Shown piece after piece: positions 28,872-38,709 of a DNA stretch of 64,000 nt (position 1 is its first letter; each line of letters begins with the position of its first letter). Source of the DNA: an uncultured Eubacterium sp. (lineage in GTDB: Bacteria; Bacillota; Clostridia; Lachnospirales; Lachnospiraceae); contig CANOET010000001.1 in assembly GCA_947564835.1 (NCBI GenBank), positions 8,667 through 72,666 of the forward strand. Reading direction: 5' to 3'. Below the pieces are notes generated by a model. That model was not told the DNA's origin, made no database searches, and saw nothing but the letters and a program-made list of their open reading frames with translations. The position numbers and the translations under genes were made by a program.

Positions 28872-29246
28872 TCAATCCCATCGTCCAATCAGATCCAAAG
28901 TGATCCTCTCCTTACACTTCGGACACGAAACCTCTCTTGCATCCCGCGGAACCGGTGTAACCGGGCTGCTGCAATCCGGGCAGACACCCCAGATATGCAT
29001 TTCCTGTCCGTTTTCTGTCTGCTGATATGTTACATCTGTAGCAACAACCAGCTTTTTACACCTGATGCAGAACGCGGCATTGCGTTTGATCTGAAACCAT
29101 TCGCTTGCTTTAACTGCAGCTGCCTCTTTTTCATTGTGTACGGCAGCTATTGCCGTCTCCCGTTCACAGTCCGCCAGTCCTCCGCCGATAAATAATTCTG
29201 TATGGTAGCCGCACTTCGGACACAAGGCCTTAATGATTGATCCCAT
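28872..29246 (-). CDS. Double zinc-ribbon protein (four CxxC), upstream of the giant flagellin
   Basis: CPKC, CIRC, CPDC, CPKC pairs; AGGAG RBS; directly behind a sigma28 promoter. Confidence 0.75.
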   Translation of the reverse strand: MGSIIKALCPKCGYHTELFIGGGLADCERETAIAAVHNEKEAAAVKASEWFQIKRNAAFCIRCKKLVVATDVTYQQTENGQEMHIWGVCPDCSSPVTPVPRDAREVSCPKCKERITLDLIGRWD

Positions 29247-29307
29247 ATTTTACTCCTAATATTTTTTAATCTATCTTTGTACTTGTATTTAACTATAATA
29301 TACAGAT

Positions 29308-29334
29308 ATATCGGTAAAAAATAAGATAACTTTA
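29308..29334 (-). promoter_or_regulatory. sigma28 promoter for the zinc-ribbon/giant flagellin operon
   Basis: TAAA-N15-ACCGATAT on the minus strand. Confidence 0.8.
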
Positions 29335-29451
29335 GAACTTTTATTTAGCTTTATACCCTTTTGCGCCAATCGTTTTATTGTATATAATATATAGTTTTGC
29401 AAATACTAAAAAACAATTATTTAGTATTTATATCCAATTTTTTCTTTTATG

Positions 29452-29480
29452 TTGACAAAATGCAAAAAAGAAGATATAAT
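29452..29480 (+). promoter_or_regulatory. Consensus sigma70/SigA promoter
   Basis: TTGACA-N17-TATAAT. Confidence 0.8.
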
Positions 29481-29564
29481 ATCTGAAAGTCTTAGACTAC
29501 AGTTATATAAATATGTTTTTGTATAGCTGTGTTAATAAAAATATTGAAACGGAGAAGGGGAATA

Positions 29565-29759
29565 ATGGAAGGTTTAGAATGGAAAACAGAAGGTTTAGAC
29601 CTGGATGTAAAAAAAGTTGTGCAAGGTACTTTGCAGTTCGGAAAAACAGATTCGAGTGCATTTTTATGTATGAAAGAAAATCAGGTTTGTTCAAATACTC
29701 TCCCCAGTCGTCCAGCCGATCGACACTTTCATGTGGATCTAGACGAAATTGATTTTTAA
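29565..29759 (+). CDS. 64-aa small protein, unknown function
   Basis: GGAGAAGGGG RBS before ATG 29565; lies between the consensus promoter and a hairpin. Confidence 0.6.
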   Translation: MEGLEWKTEGLDLDVKKVVQGTLQFGKTDSSAFLCMKENQVCSNTLPSRPADRHFHVDLDEIDF

Positions 29760-29814
29760 TTTGCCGCCAAGACAGGATAACATCGTATTTATATATTTGC
29801 ATTTTATATGTGAT

Positions 29815-29846
29815 AAAATCTGTCTTCTTTTCAGAAGACAGATTTT
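29815..29846 (+). terminator. Intrinsic terminator-like hairpin between the small ORF and the 914-aa gene
   Basis: aaaatctgtcttct-tttc-agaagacagatttt followed by atttt. Confidence 0.7.
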
Positions 29847-29892
29847 ATTTTACTTAAATTAACTACATACGAAAAACAGGGGAGATTTAGTT

Positions 29893-32637
29893 ATGGAAGT
29901 GGATATTTGCAGACAGTTTGTATTACATAATGATTTTATTCCTCCAACAAGTGATATACATAGTTGGGATTACCTTGCATTTGGTTATATAGACGGTATT
30001 TCAATAGCTGAGAGAAACCTTTTATCAGCCAGTAAAAAGCCACTAAAATACTTATGGGAAAACAATGCAGCTACAAAAGGAGAACTATTAAAACGTGAAT
30101 CAAGGCAAGTCGTATACGGATTTAGAACAGAAAATGAAGCAGCCAACGAAGATACATTATTTTGGGAGAATATTCAGCACAGCTTTGATTATCCTTTTTT
30201 ATTCTTTATCATGATACAATTTGAGGATCAAGGGCGAAAGAATCTTTCCAAACTATTAGAAAGCCGTGAATTAGTTGAACGAAAATTTAATCAGGAAAAT
30301 GTAAAAGGAATTACTTATCTAACTTTAGATAACAGTAACTTACTTTTGATATTAAAAAGTCGCTTTTATGAAGACGGAGCCGAAATTATAGACCAGATTC
30401 ACCGCAAAGAACCATTTTTTTCAGATTCAGAAAACATCTGGAAAGTAAAATACAGTTTTACCATACCTGCTGTAAGTAAAGAATATTTAAATGATTCTAA
30501 CTTTGAGACACTTAATAATAAGAAGATGTACCAGGCATATATTTATGCAATGGAATTGTCATTAGGAAGTATTCAAGCATTTTATAAAAAACTGTTCTTT
30601 GAAATAAAGAAGGATTTAAAGCTGAATGATGAAAATGAACTAGCGAATCATATTTGCAAACAGTCTATTCTTGGATATAATGATGAATTAATTATCCTTA
30701 AGGACATTCCTTGGAAAACTTTTTTAACATTTTTTAAAGATTCCACTGGCTTATTAAATCATTCAAATAATACATATCAGAAATATATTTCTTGCTTAAC
30801 AACTATTATCGGATTACGCCAGAATGCCGAAACATGCAACTTTGGATATCAATCCGGCATGTCTGAAACGCAGCGTAAATTTTTTATTTTTTTGCAAAAA
30901 AGATTAGAGGGTTTCGTTTCTAAGTATGAGAATAATTCATACAGTGACAGTATGTTTCTGTCTATTTACCATTTACTAAATTCTCTTTCTAAGTTTGAAA
31001 AAGACAATATTAGTGAAAATATGTTTCTGCCCTCTGCACTTTCTATATTTTTACTAGTAGAAATCCTGATCGATACTTATGACAATAAAGTGATTTTTAA
31101 TATCAATAATATTTACAGAGAATATAGAGCCTTTTTAAACGGATTAAATTCATATGCGCAAAATCCTATACGATCAGACAGACAGATTACGCAAATAATT
31201 GAGTTAAATGTAAGAACATATAATTTACCAATTAAGCTAAATGCTTTTTACAATGCATTTATTTATTTAGTACGGGATTTTTTAAATGAAACAGAAGGTG
31301 AAACCGAACACTTTTACGAGTTTTTGACATGTCCAGGGGTTTCGCTGCATGTATATACTAAAGAATTATTTGAAGGGTATTCATCAAACAAACGATTATG
31401 TCTGGTAAATATTCCCGAAAGCCAAGTCTATAACCTGGAACAAATGATGATTATTCTTGGTCATGAAATTGGACATTATGTAGGTGGACAGATAAGAAAT
31501 CGTTCTGCAAGAGTTATTTGTTTATTTAAGGCACTTTCCCGCATGATAATAATCTATTATAAAAATAAATTAACCCTAGACCAGGATATATCTATTGATC
31601 TTTGGAATGAATTAGAAAAAACTCTTTGCGGGCATATAGAAAAAGACTATCAAGATTATTATGATATTAATTATATTAGACAGAGATTTACTGATAATGA
31701 AGGAAGATCAAGTAGTAAGTACTGTAACAACCCAGAGGAGCTTGCTCATTTTCGTAAACAGCATCAAGATCATGGTATTATTTTAAAAAATGCATTTTTA
31801 GATTCATCGATACATTCCATAAGAGAAAATGAAGATAAGCTTTTTCAGAAGTTTTTGTATGATATTTATATGGAAAGTTACAAAAAATCGGATTTTAACA
31901 AAAAAGTAGCTCAAAGCAACCGAAAAAAATTAGAGAATGAAATAGCAAGAGCTTCGCGCCGTTTATTTCAGATATCATCATACGGTACTGACAATATAAA
32001 TATTGAAAGTTTGATAAGTACACTTTTGTCTCTTTGTAAAGAATGTTTGTCAGATATCATTGTTATTATGACTTTAGAATTACGTGTGGAACAATATATG
32101 GAAACATTCCTTGATAATGCAAAGGAACAAGGTCAGCTCGAACAACTAATGGCCAATCCACTTAATACAACTTTGATCCGGTTATCTTTAGTGTTTATTT
32201 GTATGATGATTACTAGTAAAAAACGAAATTTAGGTTACGGATGGAAACAAGATTATACGCTATCCATCAGTTCATCTGACGATATGGTTCGTCTACAAAC
32301 CGATATTAATTTATTTATTAACAAATATTATGTAAATAATTGTTCCAACAATTTTGAACCTATAGGATACATAGTGAATCCAGATTTTTGCTTAGATTAC
32401 TATGTTTTAAATGAAATTCTAAAATACCTTTTAAAATGTAGAAAATGTTGTGCAGATTTAATTCACAGAAAAAAAGATAAGCAAAAAAAGATTCTAGATA
32501 TTTTCGGAGTATGCAATACTGAAAATATAGAAACAGCCATGCTGCAAATAGAAAACTTTGTTGGTGAGTATCGGGAACAAGTTTTACAAAAAATGGACAA
32601 TATCGTTAATATCACAAATATGGAGAGATCAAAATGA
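29893..32637 (+). CDS. Large hypothetical protein with zincin metallopeptidase motif
   Basis: 914 aa; LGHEIGH at 31462-31476 and downstream ECLSD (E-x-x-A/S-D) ligand motif; AT-rich. Confidence 0.7.
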   Translation: MEVDICRQFVLHNDFIPPTSDIHSWDYLAFGYIDGISIAERNLLSASKKPLKYLWENNAATKGELLKRESRQVVYGFRTENEAANEDTLFWENIQHSFDYPFLFFIMIQFEDQGRKNLSKLLESRELVERKFNQENVKGITYLTLDNSNLLLILKSRFYEDGAEIIDQIHRKEPFFSDSENIWKVKYSFTIPAVSKEYLNDSNFETLNNKKMYQAYIYAMELSLGSIQAFYKKLFFEIKKDLKLNDENELANHICKQSILGYNDELIILKDIPWKTFLTFFKDSTGLLNHSNNTYQKYISCLTTIIGLRQNAETCNFGYQSGMSETQRKFFIFLQKRLEGFVSKYENNSYSDSMFLSIYHLLNSLSKFEKDNISENMFLPSALSIFLLVEILIDTYDNKVIFNINNIYREYRAFLNGLNSYAQNPIRSDRQITQIIELNVRTYNLPIKLNAFYNAFIYLVRDFLNETEGETEHFYEFLTCPGVSLHVYTKELFEGYSSNKRLCLVNIPESQVYNLEQMMIILGHEIGHYVGGQIRNRSARVICLFKALSRMIIIYYKNKLTLDQDISIDLWNELEKTLCGHIEKDYQDYYDINYIRQRFTDNEGRSSSKYCNNPEELAHFRKQHQDHGIILKNAFLDSSIHSIRENEDKLFQKFLYDIYMESYKKSDFNKKVAQSNRKKLENEIARASRRLFQISSYGTDNINIESLISTLLSLCKECLSDIIVIMTLELRVEQYMETFLDNAKEQGQLEQLMANPLNTTLIRLSLVFICMMITSKKRNLGYGWKQDYTLSISSSDDMVRLQTDINLFINKYYVNNCSNNFEPIGYIVNPDFCLDYYVLNEILKYLLKCRKCCADLIHRKKDKQKKILDIFGVCNTENIETAMLQIENFVGEYREQVLQKMDNIVNITNMERSK

Positions 32638-34076
32638 GCAGCCAATCAGCAATAAATCAACGATTTCATACTATATTGAAAGAACTTTTTAAAGAAATAT
32701 ATGAAAACTTCAAATTAGAAATTTTCTATGTCATTACGCAGAAAGAAAATAATAATTTACGCTATAATGTGATAGAGAATGTGGAAGATATTGCAGCATA
32801 TAAACTTCACACTAAGTTTGAACAGAAAATGGATAAACCCTGGAATAAATATAAGACAGATAAGGAGGATAAATACTCTCTATACTGGGAAATATATGTC
32901 CTTAACGATTTTTATTTCATAAATAATAACGATTTACATAATCAAGTTATTGAAGAATTTTTTGAGATTTTTCTTGAAAATCTTGTGGAAGGTTTTGTTG
33001 ACTATGAAATGTTTACAACATTGAACCAAAATAACGATACGGAAAATGAAGTTGTATTGAAACATCTTTTCTCATGTGTAAACGATCCGATACTGCTTCT
33101 TAATATGTTTGTAGATAAAATTTTAAAAATGAAGTTTCTCCCAGAAAAAAATGAAATAATACAACTGTCGGCACAAATGTATGAAAAGCGCCCAATACAT
33201 GGAAGTATTTGTTTCGTCCCAGATCAAACATGTAAGAAACTGTTTCATACACCTATTCCAGGAACTTGTCTGGATTTAAAGTTTTTGCCACCTACATTCC
33301 GTACTATAGAAACAAATAACCTCCGGGGACTACGAAAACTCTTAGAATTAAACACAGACGAAACCACTATGATCGCTGTTAATAAATCAGAAAAAGATAC
33401 TACAGAAAGTATATTTGCAGGAATTATAGCTTATACAGATACTATAAAGAGCTCCCTGGAAAAATATCCACAAATTAAATTCAATGGATACTTAAATTGG
33501 CAGCTTTCCATCAATAATACGGAATGGTTCTCTTATAATAATGGAACTTACAAAATTTGTTATGAGAGCAGAGAAAATCTATGGAAAAGAACACTAGACC
33601 CTCTAGATTTAGACCCACAAAAAACTACTGATTTATTAGAGATTATAACACTCCTTTCCAAAGAGTCACATGGTACATCTGTCATATTTATTGATAAAGA
33701 TATTTTGACCAGTATAGATGATAAACAAGGTGAAGTTGACAGACTTAATAATAAAAACCGGTGTATAAAAATCTATGATGCAGAAGGCAATCCATCTTGC
33801 ACTATGAATTTAATAGATTACCTACACAACATCAAAGGAATCACATCCATTGATGGTGCGATCATTGCAGACCTGGACGGAAACATACATGCAATTGGCG
33901 CCATACTGGACGGAGAAGCTAAAAAAATTGGAGATGTGAGTAAAGGAGCCAGACATAATTCTGTAAACAATTATCTTTCTGTTATTAAAAGTAAATATAC
34001 AGGATCCAATATGTTTGGTGTCATCGTCTCTGAAGATGGAAATATAGAACCGGTAATACCATCTTCCCAGGCCTGA
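32634..34076 (+). CDS. DisA_N/DAC diadenylate-cyclase-domain protein with N-terminal sensor-like domains (DACNG/DACNH-type architecture)
   Basis: HGTSV, SIDGAII, GAILDG, KGARHNS, VIVSEDG motifs of the DAC fold; ATGA overlap with upstream gene. Confidence 0.82.
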   Translation: MSSQSAINQRFHTILKELFKEIYENFKLEIFYVITQKENNNLRYNVIENVEDIAAYKLHTKFEQKMDKPWNKYKTDKEDKYSLYWEIYVLNDFYFINNNDLHNQVIEEFFEIFLENLVEGFVDYEMFTTLNQNNDTENEVVLKHLFSCVNDPILLLNMFVDKILKMKFLPEKNEIIQLSAQMYEKRPIHGSICFVPDQTCKKLFHTPIPGTCLDLKFLPPTFRTIETNNLRGLRKLLELNTDETTMIAVNKSEKDTTESIFAGIIAYTDTIKSSLEKYPQIKFNGYLNWQLSINNTEWFSYNNGTYKICYESRENLWKRTLDPLDLDPQKTTDLLEIITLLSKESHGTSVIFIDKDILTSIDDKQGEVDRLNNKNRCIKIYDAEGNPSCTMNLIDYLHNIKGITSIDGAIIADLDGNIHAIGAILDGEAKKIGDVSKGARHNSVNNYLSVIKSKYTGSNMFGVIVSEDGNIEPVIPSSQA

Positions 34077-34087
34077 ATCTCCATTCC

Positions 34088-34117
34088 TGGACCAGCCAAA
34101 TGCCTTTGGCTGGTCCA
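34088..34117. terminator. 13-bp perfect hairpin after the DAC gene, between convergent operons
   Basis: tggaccagccaaa-tgcc-tttggctggtcca; no clear U-tract. Confidence 0.55.
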
Positions 34118-34337
34118 CAGGCAGACTCTAATGAATCATCAAATAGGTATTACCAGTACGGTTCACCATAATATTCGATCCCATCCCATGTTGCAGTATA
34201 AGCAAAGGTAGTATCTGTTATTTTAATGAATTGCAGATTTTAAAGGATACATTTTACGGCAGAAACAGATAGCGCGCCGATCATTCTCAGCAAACCCATT
34301 AAAACCGTCACCTGCCCTATCTGATCAAATCATTTTT

Positions 34338-35189
34338 CTATGCATTCTTCTTCTCCCGAATCAAATTCCGCAGCGCCATAAACTTCCGATCCAACGCCGC
34401 ATCCTTATACCTGGAATCCATACTTGATCCAAAACTGCTGCCGCTCATATACAGCCCAAAGCTCTCGCTCATCGTATTCACATATTTCTTCTTCCTGATA
34501 TGGAACACTTTACGGATCACCTGGCGAAACTGCGTTGCCTCAATGTCCTGATAAAAACATTCTGAAGTAGATTCTCTGTAAATCATTCCTGTAGAAATAT
34601 CCACATCCCCAACATACAGCAAAATCTCTTCCTCTGTCATATAGTAAATAGATACTTCTATCAAAAGTGAACGCAATATTTCATCAGACCCTATCATATA
34701 CGCTTCCTTAGGATCGTATTCCTTCGCTTCCTTATGCAGCAGCACTTTCATCCATGTGATAAAATATTTCACGACACCCATTCTGCGCATGGCATTCATT
34801 TTAGCCAGTTGAAAACTATCACTCGGCCTGGCTCCGGAACCAATCAACATAATCGGCTCTATTAAAGCCACCTGCTCCTTAACCAGATTCAGCTTCTCCA
34901 TTCCATGCGGCCCCAACGCTTTTACAATTTCAACTCTTGCTTTATCTACCTCTTTTTCACCTTTAAATTGGTCCTCCAGCAGCCAGCTGATTCCAAGTCC
35001 GCCCAGCAGCATTCCAAACAGCATAAAATAAGTCCCGCTTTTATAATAACTGATCAGTCCGCCTAATGCCATTGGAGTTCCTAACAGCAGCAGCACTACC
35101 GCACTCAGAACACTATGCTTCTCCTTAAAATACTTTCGAATTTTTTTCGTCTCCGCCGGATCAACCGGTACGATTATGTATTTTTCCAT
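34338..35189 (-). CDS. Membrane protein (2 N-terminal TM helices), unknown function
   Basis: 283 aa, hydrophobic segments at ~26-70; GAGGAG RBS; last gene of the SPFH operon. Confidence 0.75.
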   Translation of the reverse strand: MEKYIIVPVDPAETKKIRKYFKEKHSVLSAVVLLLLGTPMALGGLISYYKSGTYFMLFGMLLGGLGISWLLEDQFKGEKEVDKARVEIVKALGPHGMEKLNLVKEQVALIEPIMLIGSGARPSDSFQLAKMNAMRRMGVVKYFITWMKVLLHKEAKEYDPKEAYMIGSDEILRSLLIEVSIYYMTEEEILLYVGDVDISTGMIYRESTSECFYQDIEATQFRQVIRKVFHIRKKKYVNTMSESFGLYMSGSSFGSSMDSRYKDAALDRKFMALRNLIREKKNA

Positions 35190-35219
35190 AACTCCCTCCT
35201 CTGTTTCCCCTGCTGAAGA

Positions 35220-35813
35220 TTATAAGCCTGACGCATATTCTAACGGCACAAATTCAGATAATTTTGTAATGTCCTGTCTGTTCAGCCCTGCTTCTGCCGC
35301 AATCCTCATCACTTCCTGAGAAGTCGGTGAGGTGCGGAAGCATTTTTTCTCATAAAAATCTTTCTTGATATATGCCAGAAAGTAATAATAGATTCCCTTC
35401 GGTTCCATTTCAGTCGCTGCAGAAACATATTCTTCAATTTTAGCAATCACGGATTTTTGTACTAAAAACGGCCGCTTGCCATGCAGCATAGCTACTCCTG
35501 CATAGAAATATGCTTCCGCATACTCTGTATCATCTTCAATGGCTTTTTCAAAATATGGCAATGCCTTATCATACAGCTTTAGTTTCAAAAAACAGAATGC
35601 CATTGTGAGGTTTAACTCCGGCTGATCCGGATGGCTGGATAATACTTTGCTGTATTTATTTGCATATTTTCTGGCATCCTCGTCTGCCATGGACGCAGCG
35701 CTGTCAGAGTTAGTAATCACAATCTGCCGGTAACACTGCGGACATTGTTTCGTATTGGTTGTTACATGATAGCCGCACCCTGGGCATTCTAAATCGATTA
35801 CTTCATAAGACAT
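35220..35813 (-). CDS. Zinc-ribbon + TPR protein
   Basis: CPGC...CPQC then TPR-like AFCFLKLKLYDKALPYFEKAIE...AEAYFYAG. Confidence 0.8.
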   Translation of the reverse strand: MSYEVIDLECPGCGYHVTTNTKQCPQCYRQIVITNSDSAASMADEDARKYANKYSKVLSSHPDQPELNLTMAFCFLKLKLYDKALPYFEKAIEDDTEYAEAYFYAGVAMLHGKRPFLVQKSVIAKIEEYVSAATEMEPKGIYYYFLAYIKKDFYEKKCFRTSPTSQEVMRIAAEAGLNRQDITKLSEFVPLEYASGL

Positions 35814-35826
35814 CTTACTTTCCTCC

Positions 35827-36732
35827 CTATTTTTTCATTTGTTCTGCCCGGATCTTTAACTGCATAGATATTTCCTGACAGGACTTCAGCATACGTGCAG
35901 CCGCAGGTGCCCTGTCTGTGTTTGGATCTGATGAAAAATCAGACATTTCCTTCGCTAGTTTTTCAAACTCCTGATGAATCAAACGCTCGCAGGATAACAC
36001 CTGGGGTCCTCTCTCGCCAAAACTGCTTTCATTTCTCAGAAAACCGGTTATTTTTTTCAATTCATACACTACTTTTTTTAATACTGGGTCATGTTCACTT
36101 TTCGCTTTTTCTAAAAGCTGTTCAAAGTATAGATATACATCCGTTTTCTCTTTCGTATTTTCATTGATATTATTTAATTGAAATATGTTCTCATGCAAAT
36201 GTGTATTTAGAACATCGTCTTTATGATCTATTTTATTGCTTTTCACCAGTTTTTTTTCCGATGCATGCAATCCATAATGTCTTTCATCAGAAAATCCCTC
36301 TAAACATGGTTCAATGATCTTATCCGTGCATACTTCTTTTATTGCCACATCCCAATCGTTCCTTTTGTACATCAGAACAGACTGAATCATATCCAGCCGC
36401 ATTTCAAATCCGTATGTAAGCTTTGCCTGCTCAATATATAGAAGAATGCATTTTTTCTTTATCTTCAGCATATAGTTTAACTCCATCCTGCAAAAGTCTG
36501 ATTTCATATATGCATTGGATAAAAAAGCAATTCCTACCTCTGCCTGCCTTAAATGTTCCGCAATAACTTCCGGAAATTCGCTGCCGATCGGGATTGCGGC
36601 ATCATACCAAAATCTGCATCCGTATCCCGTCATCCATGTCATAATTTTGAACACGGTTCCTTCATCTTCATGACAATAGCTAATAAAACAATATTTTTCG
36701 TTTCCTTCATATGCTGTTGGTTTGTTGGCCAT
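35827..36732 (-). CDS. TIR-domain protein with C-terminal helical bundle
   Basis: AYEGNEKYCFISYCHED, FWYDAAI, FLSNAYMKSDFCRMEL (catalytic-type Glu). Confidence 0.88.
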   Translation of the reverse strand: MANKPTAYEGNEKYCFISYCHEDEGTVFKIMTWMTGYGCRFWYDAAIPIGSEFPEVIAEHLRQAEVGIAFLSNAYMKSDFCRMELNYMLKIKKKCILLYIEQAKLTYGFEMRLDMIQSVLMYKRNDWDVAIKEVCTDKIIEPCLEGFSDERHYGLHASEKKLVKSNKIDHKDDVLNTHLHENIFQLNNINENTKEKTDVYLYFEQLLEKAKSEHDPVLKKVVYELKKITGFLRNESSFGERGPQVLSCERLIHQEFEKLAKEMSDFSSDPNTDRAPAAARMLKSCQEISMQLKIRAEQMKK

Positions 36733-36833
36733 CGATTCATCTCCACATTTGTTCTTCTTTTTCCTGATCTGAGGAACCGGAAATAACTTGTTTTACAGTT
36801 CCTTTGCTTGAAATCTCTTCCTCTAATATATCC

Positions 36834-38009
36834 CTAGATTTGAAAACTGTTTAGCTTCAGTGTTGAACCATCCAGCAAGTAAACAAATGCCGCGGTGTTA
36901 TTTCCATTGTAGCTTTGATTCGTTACTTCTCCGTCCCAATGAGTTACTTCATACAATTCGCTGTAATCATAATTTAGGTTTATATGAATGTAAACCGTGC
37001 CATCATCATTATAATAAGAAGCCTCCGGCTGTATTTCCCCCACCGCCAGGCTGAGTTTCCTTCCGGACTGGATTTGTTGTGCCAGATATAAATAATTACT
37101 TATGACATCTTCTTCAGACTCTGGCAAAATAGAGATTCCTTGTAATCCGGATTCATCTTTATTTTGAAATGCAGCCTTATAGATCTTTTTTAGATCGTCA
37201 GCTGCCTGGGTAACTGCTTCCTGCATGGCTTCCGGCTTTAATTTCATTGCATCTGCACTGCAAGATCCCTCCGACGTATCTACGAGCATCGTAAGGTCTT
37301 CCATGTTCTCTTTTGAGACCGTTACTTCATAGTAACCCTTAAAAATTTGCGGAATCACATATCTTGCATTGCCATACTCTCCTTCCTGTAAATACTCTGC
37401 CTGCAAGTTCACTCCGTCTACCGTTACAGCCGCTCCTTTCGGTACATTTATAATAAAATCTTTGACAATATAATCACTCAGATCCGGCTTCCAGTCATGG
37501 AACAAAAGCAATTTTTTAGAACTGCCCAGATTCACCTGCACCCCATTACGATGGGTTCCGCCTTCCTGATCCGTCAAATGGATCGAAATATAACTGCTGC
37601 CTCTGTCCCGATTGGCAGCTGCTTTGCCAACAAACACTTTATGGTAAAAACCGTCCTCAGAAGAAGGCTCTTCTACCTGATATTCTTTGTAACTCTTTGT
37701 CTGCATTCTCTGCTGGACATTTACAAATGCCTCTTTGCTCATAAATGCATCAACATCACCGGAAAGATCCAGGTCATCATAAATACTGTCATAATCGGCA
37801 TTGATCAGCTTTACGGCATACGCCTTTGCTTCCCGTTCCGGGCTGTACCTTACATAACCTGTATAGATAAACAGGCGCGCAGCCAGAAATGCCAATACCA
37901 TTTGTACAATACAAAGTCTGGCCTTTGATTCCCGGATATATCCCCATACTCTGTTTATAAACCGTTGGATTACTGCCATAACAAATCCTCTCTTCCCATG
38001 TCTATTCAT
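36834..38009 (-). CDS. Membrane-anchored extracytoplasmic protein (TcaA/YvbJ-like, PEGA-like domain)
   Basis: Single N-terminal TM, NVPKGAAVTVDGV...IFKGYYEVTV; likely start 37979. Confidence 0.65.
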   Translation of the reverse strand: MNRHGKRGFVMAVIQRFINRVWGYIRESKARLCIVQMVLAFLAARLFIYTGYVRYSPEREAKAYAVKLINADYDSIYDDLDLSGDVDAFMSKEAFVNVQQRMQTKSYKEYQVEEPSSEDGFYHKVFVGKAAANRDRGSSYISIHLTDQEGGTHRNGVQVNLGSSKKLLLFHDWKPDLSDYIVKDFIINVPKGAAVTVDGVNLQAEYLQEGEYGNARYVIPQIFKGYYEVTVSKENMEDLTMLVDTSEGSCSADAMKLKPEAMQEAVTQAADDLKKIYKAAFQNKDESGLQGISILPESEEDVISNYLYLAQQIQSGRKLSLAVGEIQPEASYYNDDGTVYIHINLNYDYSELYEVTHWDGEVTNQSYNGNNTAAFVYLLDGSTLKLNSFQI

Positions 38010-38637
38010 TTAATTCATTCCGGCGCTGTGCCAGAAGTTCGATATTATCATGCTGCAGTTCTGTCATATAATTTAATGGATTTTCATTCATTTCATCCAC
38101 ATAATATCTGCCTTCGTACCAGTCGAATTGTTCATAGTACGCCCTTTTTTCATCATCACGGAACATACATCCTGTTCGTGCATAAATATAGTTGATCGCA
38201 TCCTGCACTTCTGCCTTCGTTGTCAGGCTTCTGACATCTGCGGCTGTTAATCTTTCTTTGTAGCTGTTCGGAAAAGCAAATTCATCGGCATCCGCTGTAT
38301 TCTCTTCATCCGTACTTTCATCATCTAAAATTTCTTCATCCGTATTTTCTCCATACGAAGCTGTCTGGGTGCTGCCTTTTTTCGTATTATCTGCACTGAC
38401 TTTAAATCCTTTGATCGCAGAATATGTCTGTCCCTCATCTTCGAATCTGGACTCCATTTCGTTTTCCAGCCCCAGATCAGCAGCGCTTTCTATCTGCTTC
38501 CCTTTTGCAGCATTTACCCTTTTCCAAGGCGGTGCTGTCGTAATCCACACGTAGACTGTCAGGAGTACAAACAATGCAATGATAACCGGTAATATTTTAT
38601 TTGCCGTCTCCAATATTTTTTCTTTTTGTTTTTTCAT
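38002..38637 (-). CDS. Membrane-anchored YARHG-domain protein
   Basis: N-terminal TM, acidic linker, AINYIYARTGCMF (YARHG variant). Confidence 0.8.
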   Translation of the reverse strand: MKKQKEKILETANKILPVIIALFVLLTVYVWITTAPPWKRVNAAKGKQIESAADLGLENEMESRFEDEGQTYSAIKGFKVSADNTKKGSTQTASYGENTDEEILDDESTDEENTADADEFAFPNSYKERLTAADVRSLTTKAEVQDAINYIYARTGCMFRDDEKRAYYEQFDWYEGRYYVDEMNENPLNYMTELQHDNIELLAQRRNELNE

Positions 38638-38709
38638 AATTCTCTCCCATATCCTTTCCTTGCAGTAACGATTCATTGCTATACAAAACACACCCATCAA
38701 TCTGCCAAG

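Noticed and set aside
29565-32637. RiPP cluster (precursor peptide plus HExxH modifying enzyme)
   Set aside because: No adjacent SPASM radical SAM, transporter or typical core motif; the partner gene is a DAC. Kept only as a small-ORF observation
32634-34076. Housekeeping cdaA or disA
   Set aside because: Lacks the N-terminal TM helices and cdaR/glmM context of CdaA, and the HhH domain and radA context of DisA
35827-36732. Thoeris system
   Set aside because: No SIR2/Macro/SLOG ThsA-type effector next to the TIR gene
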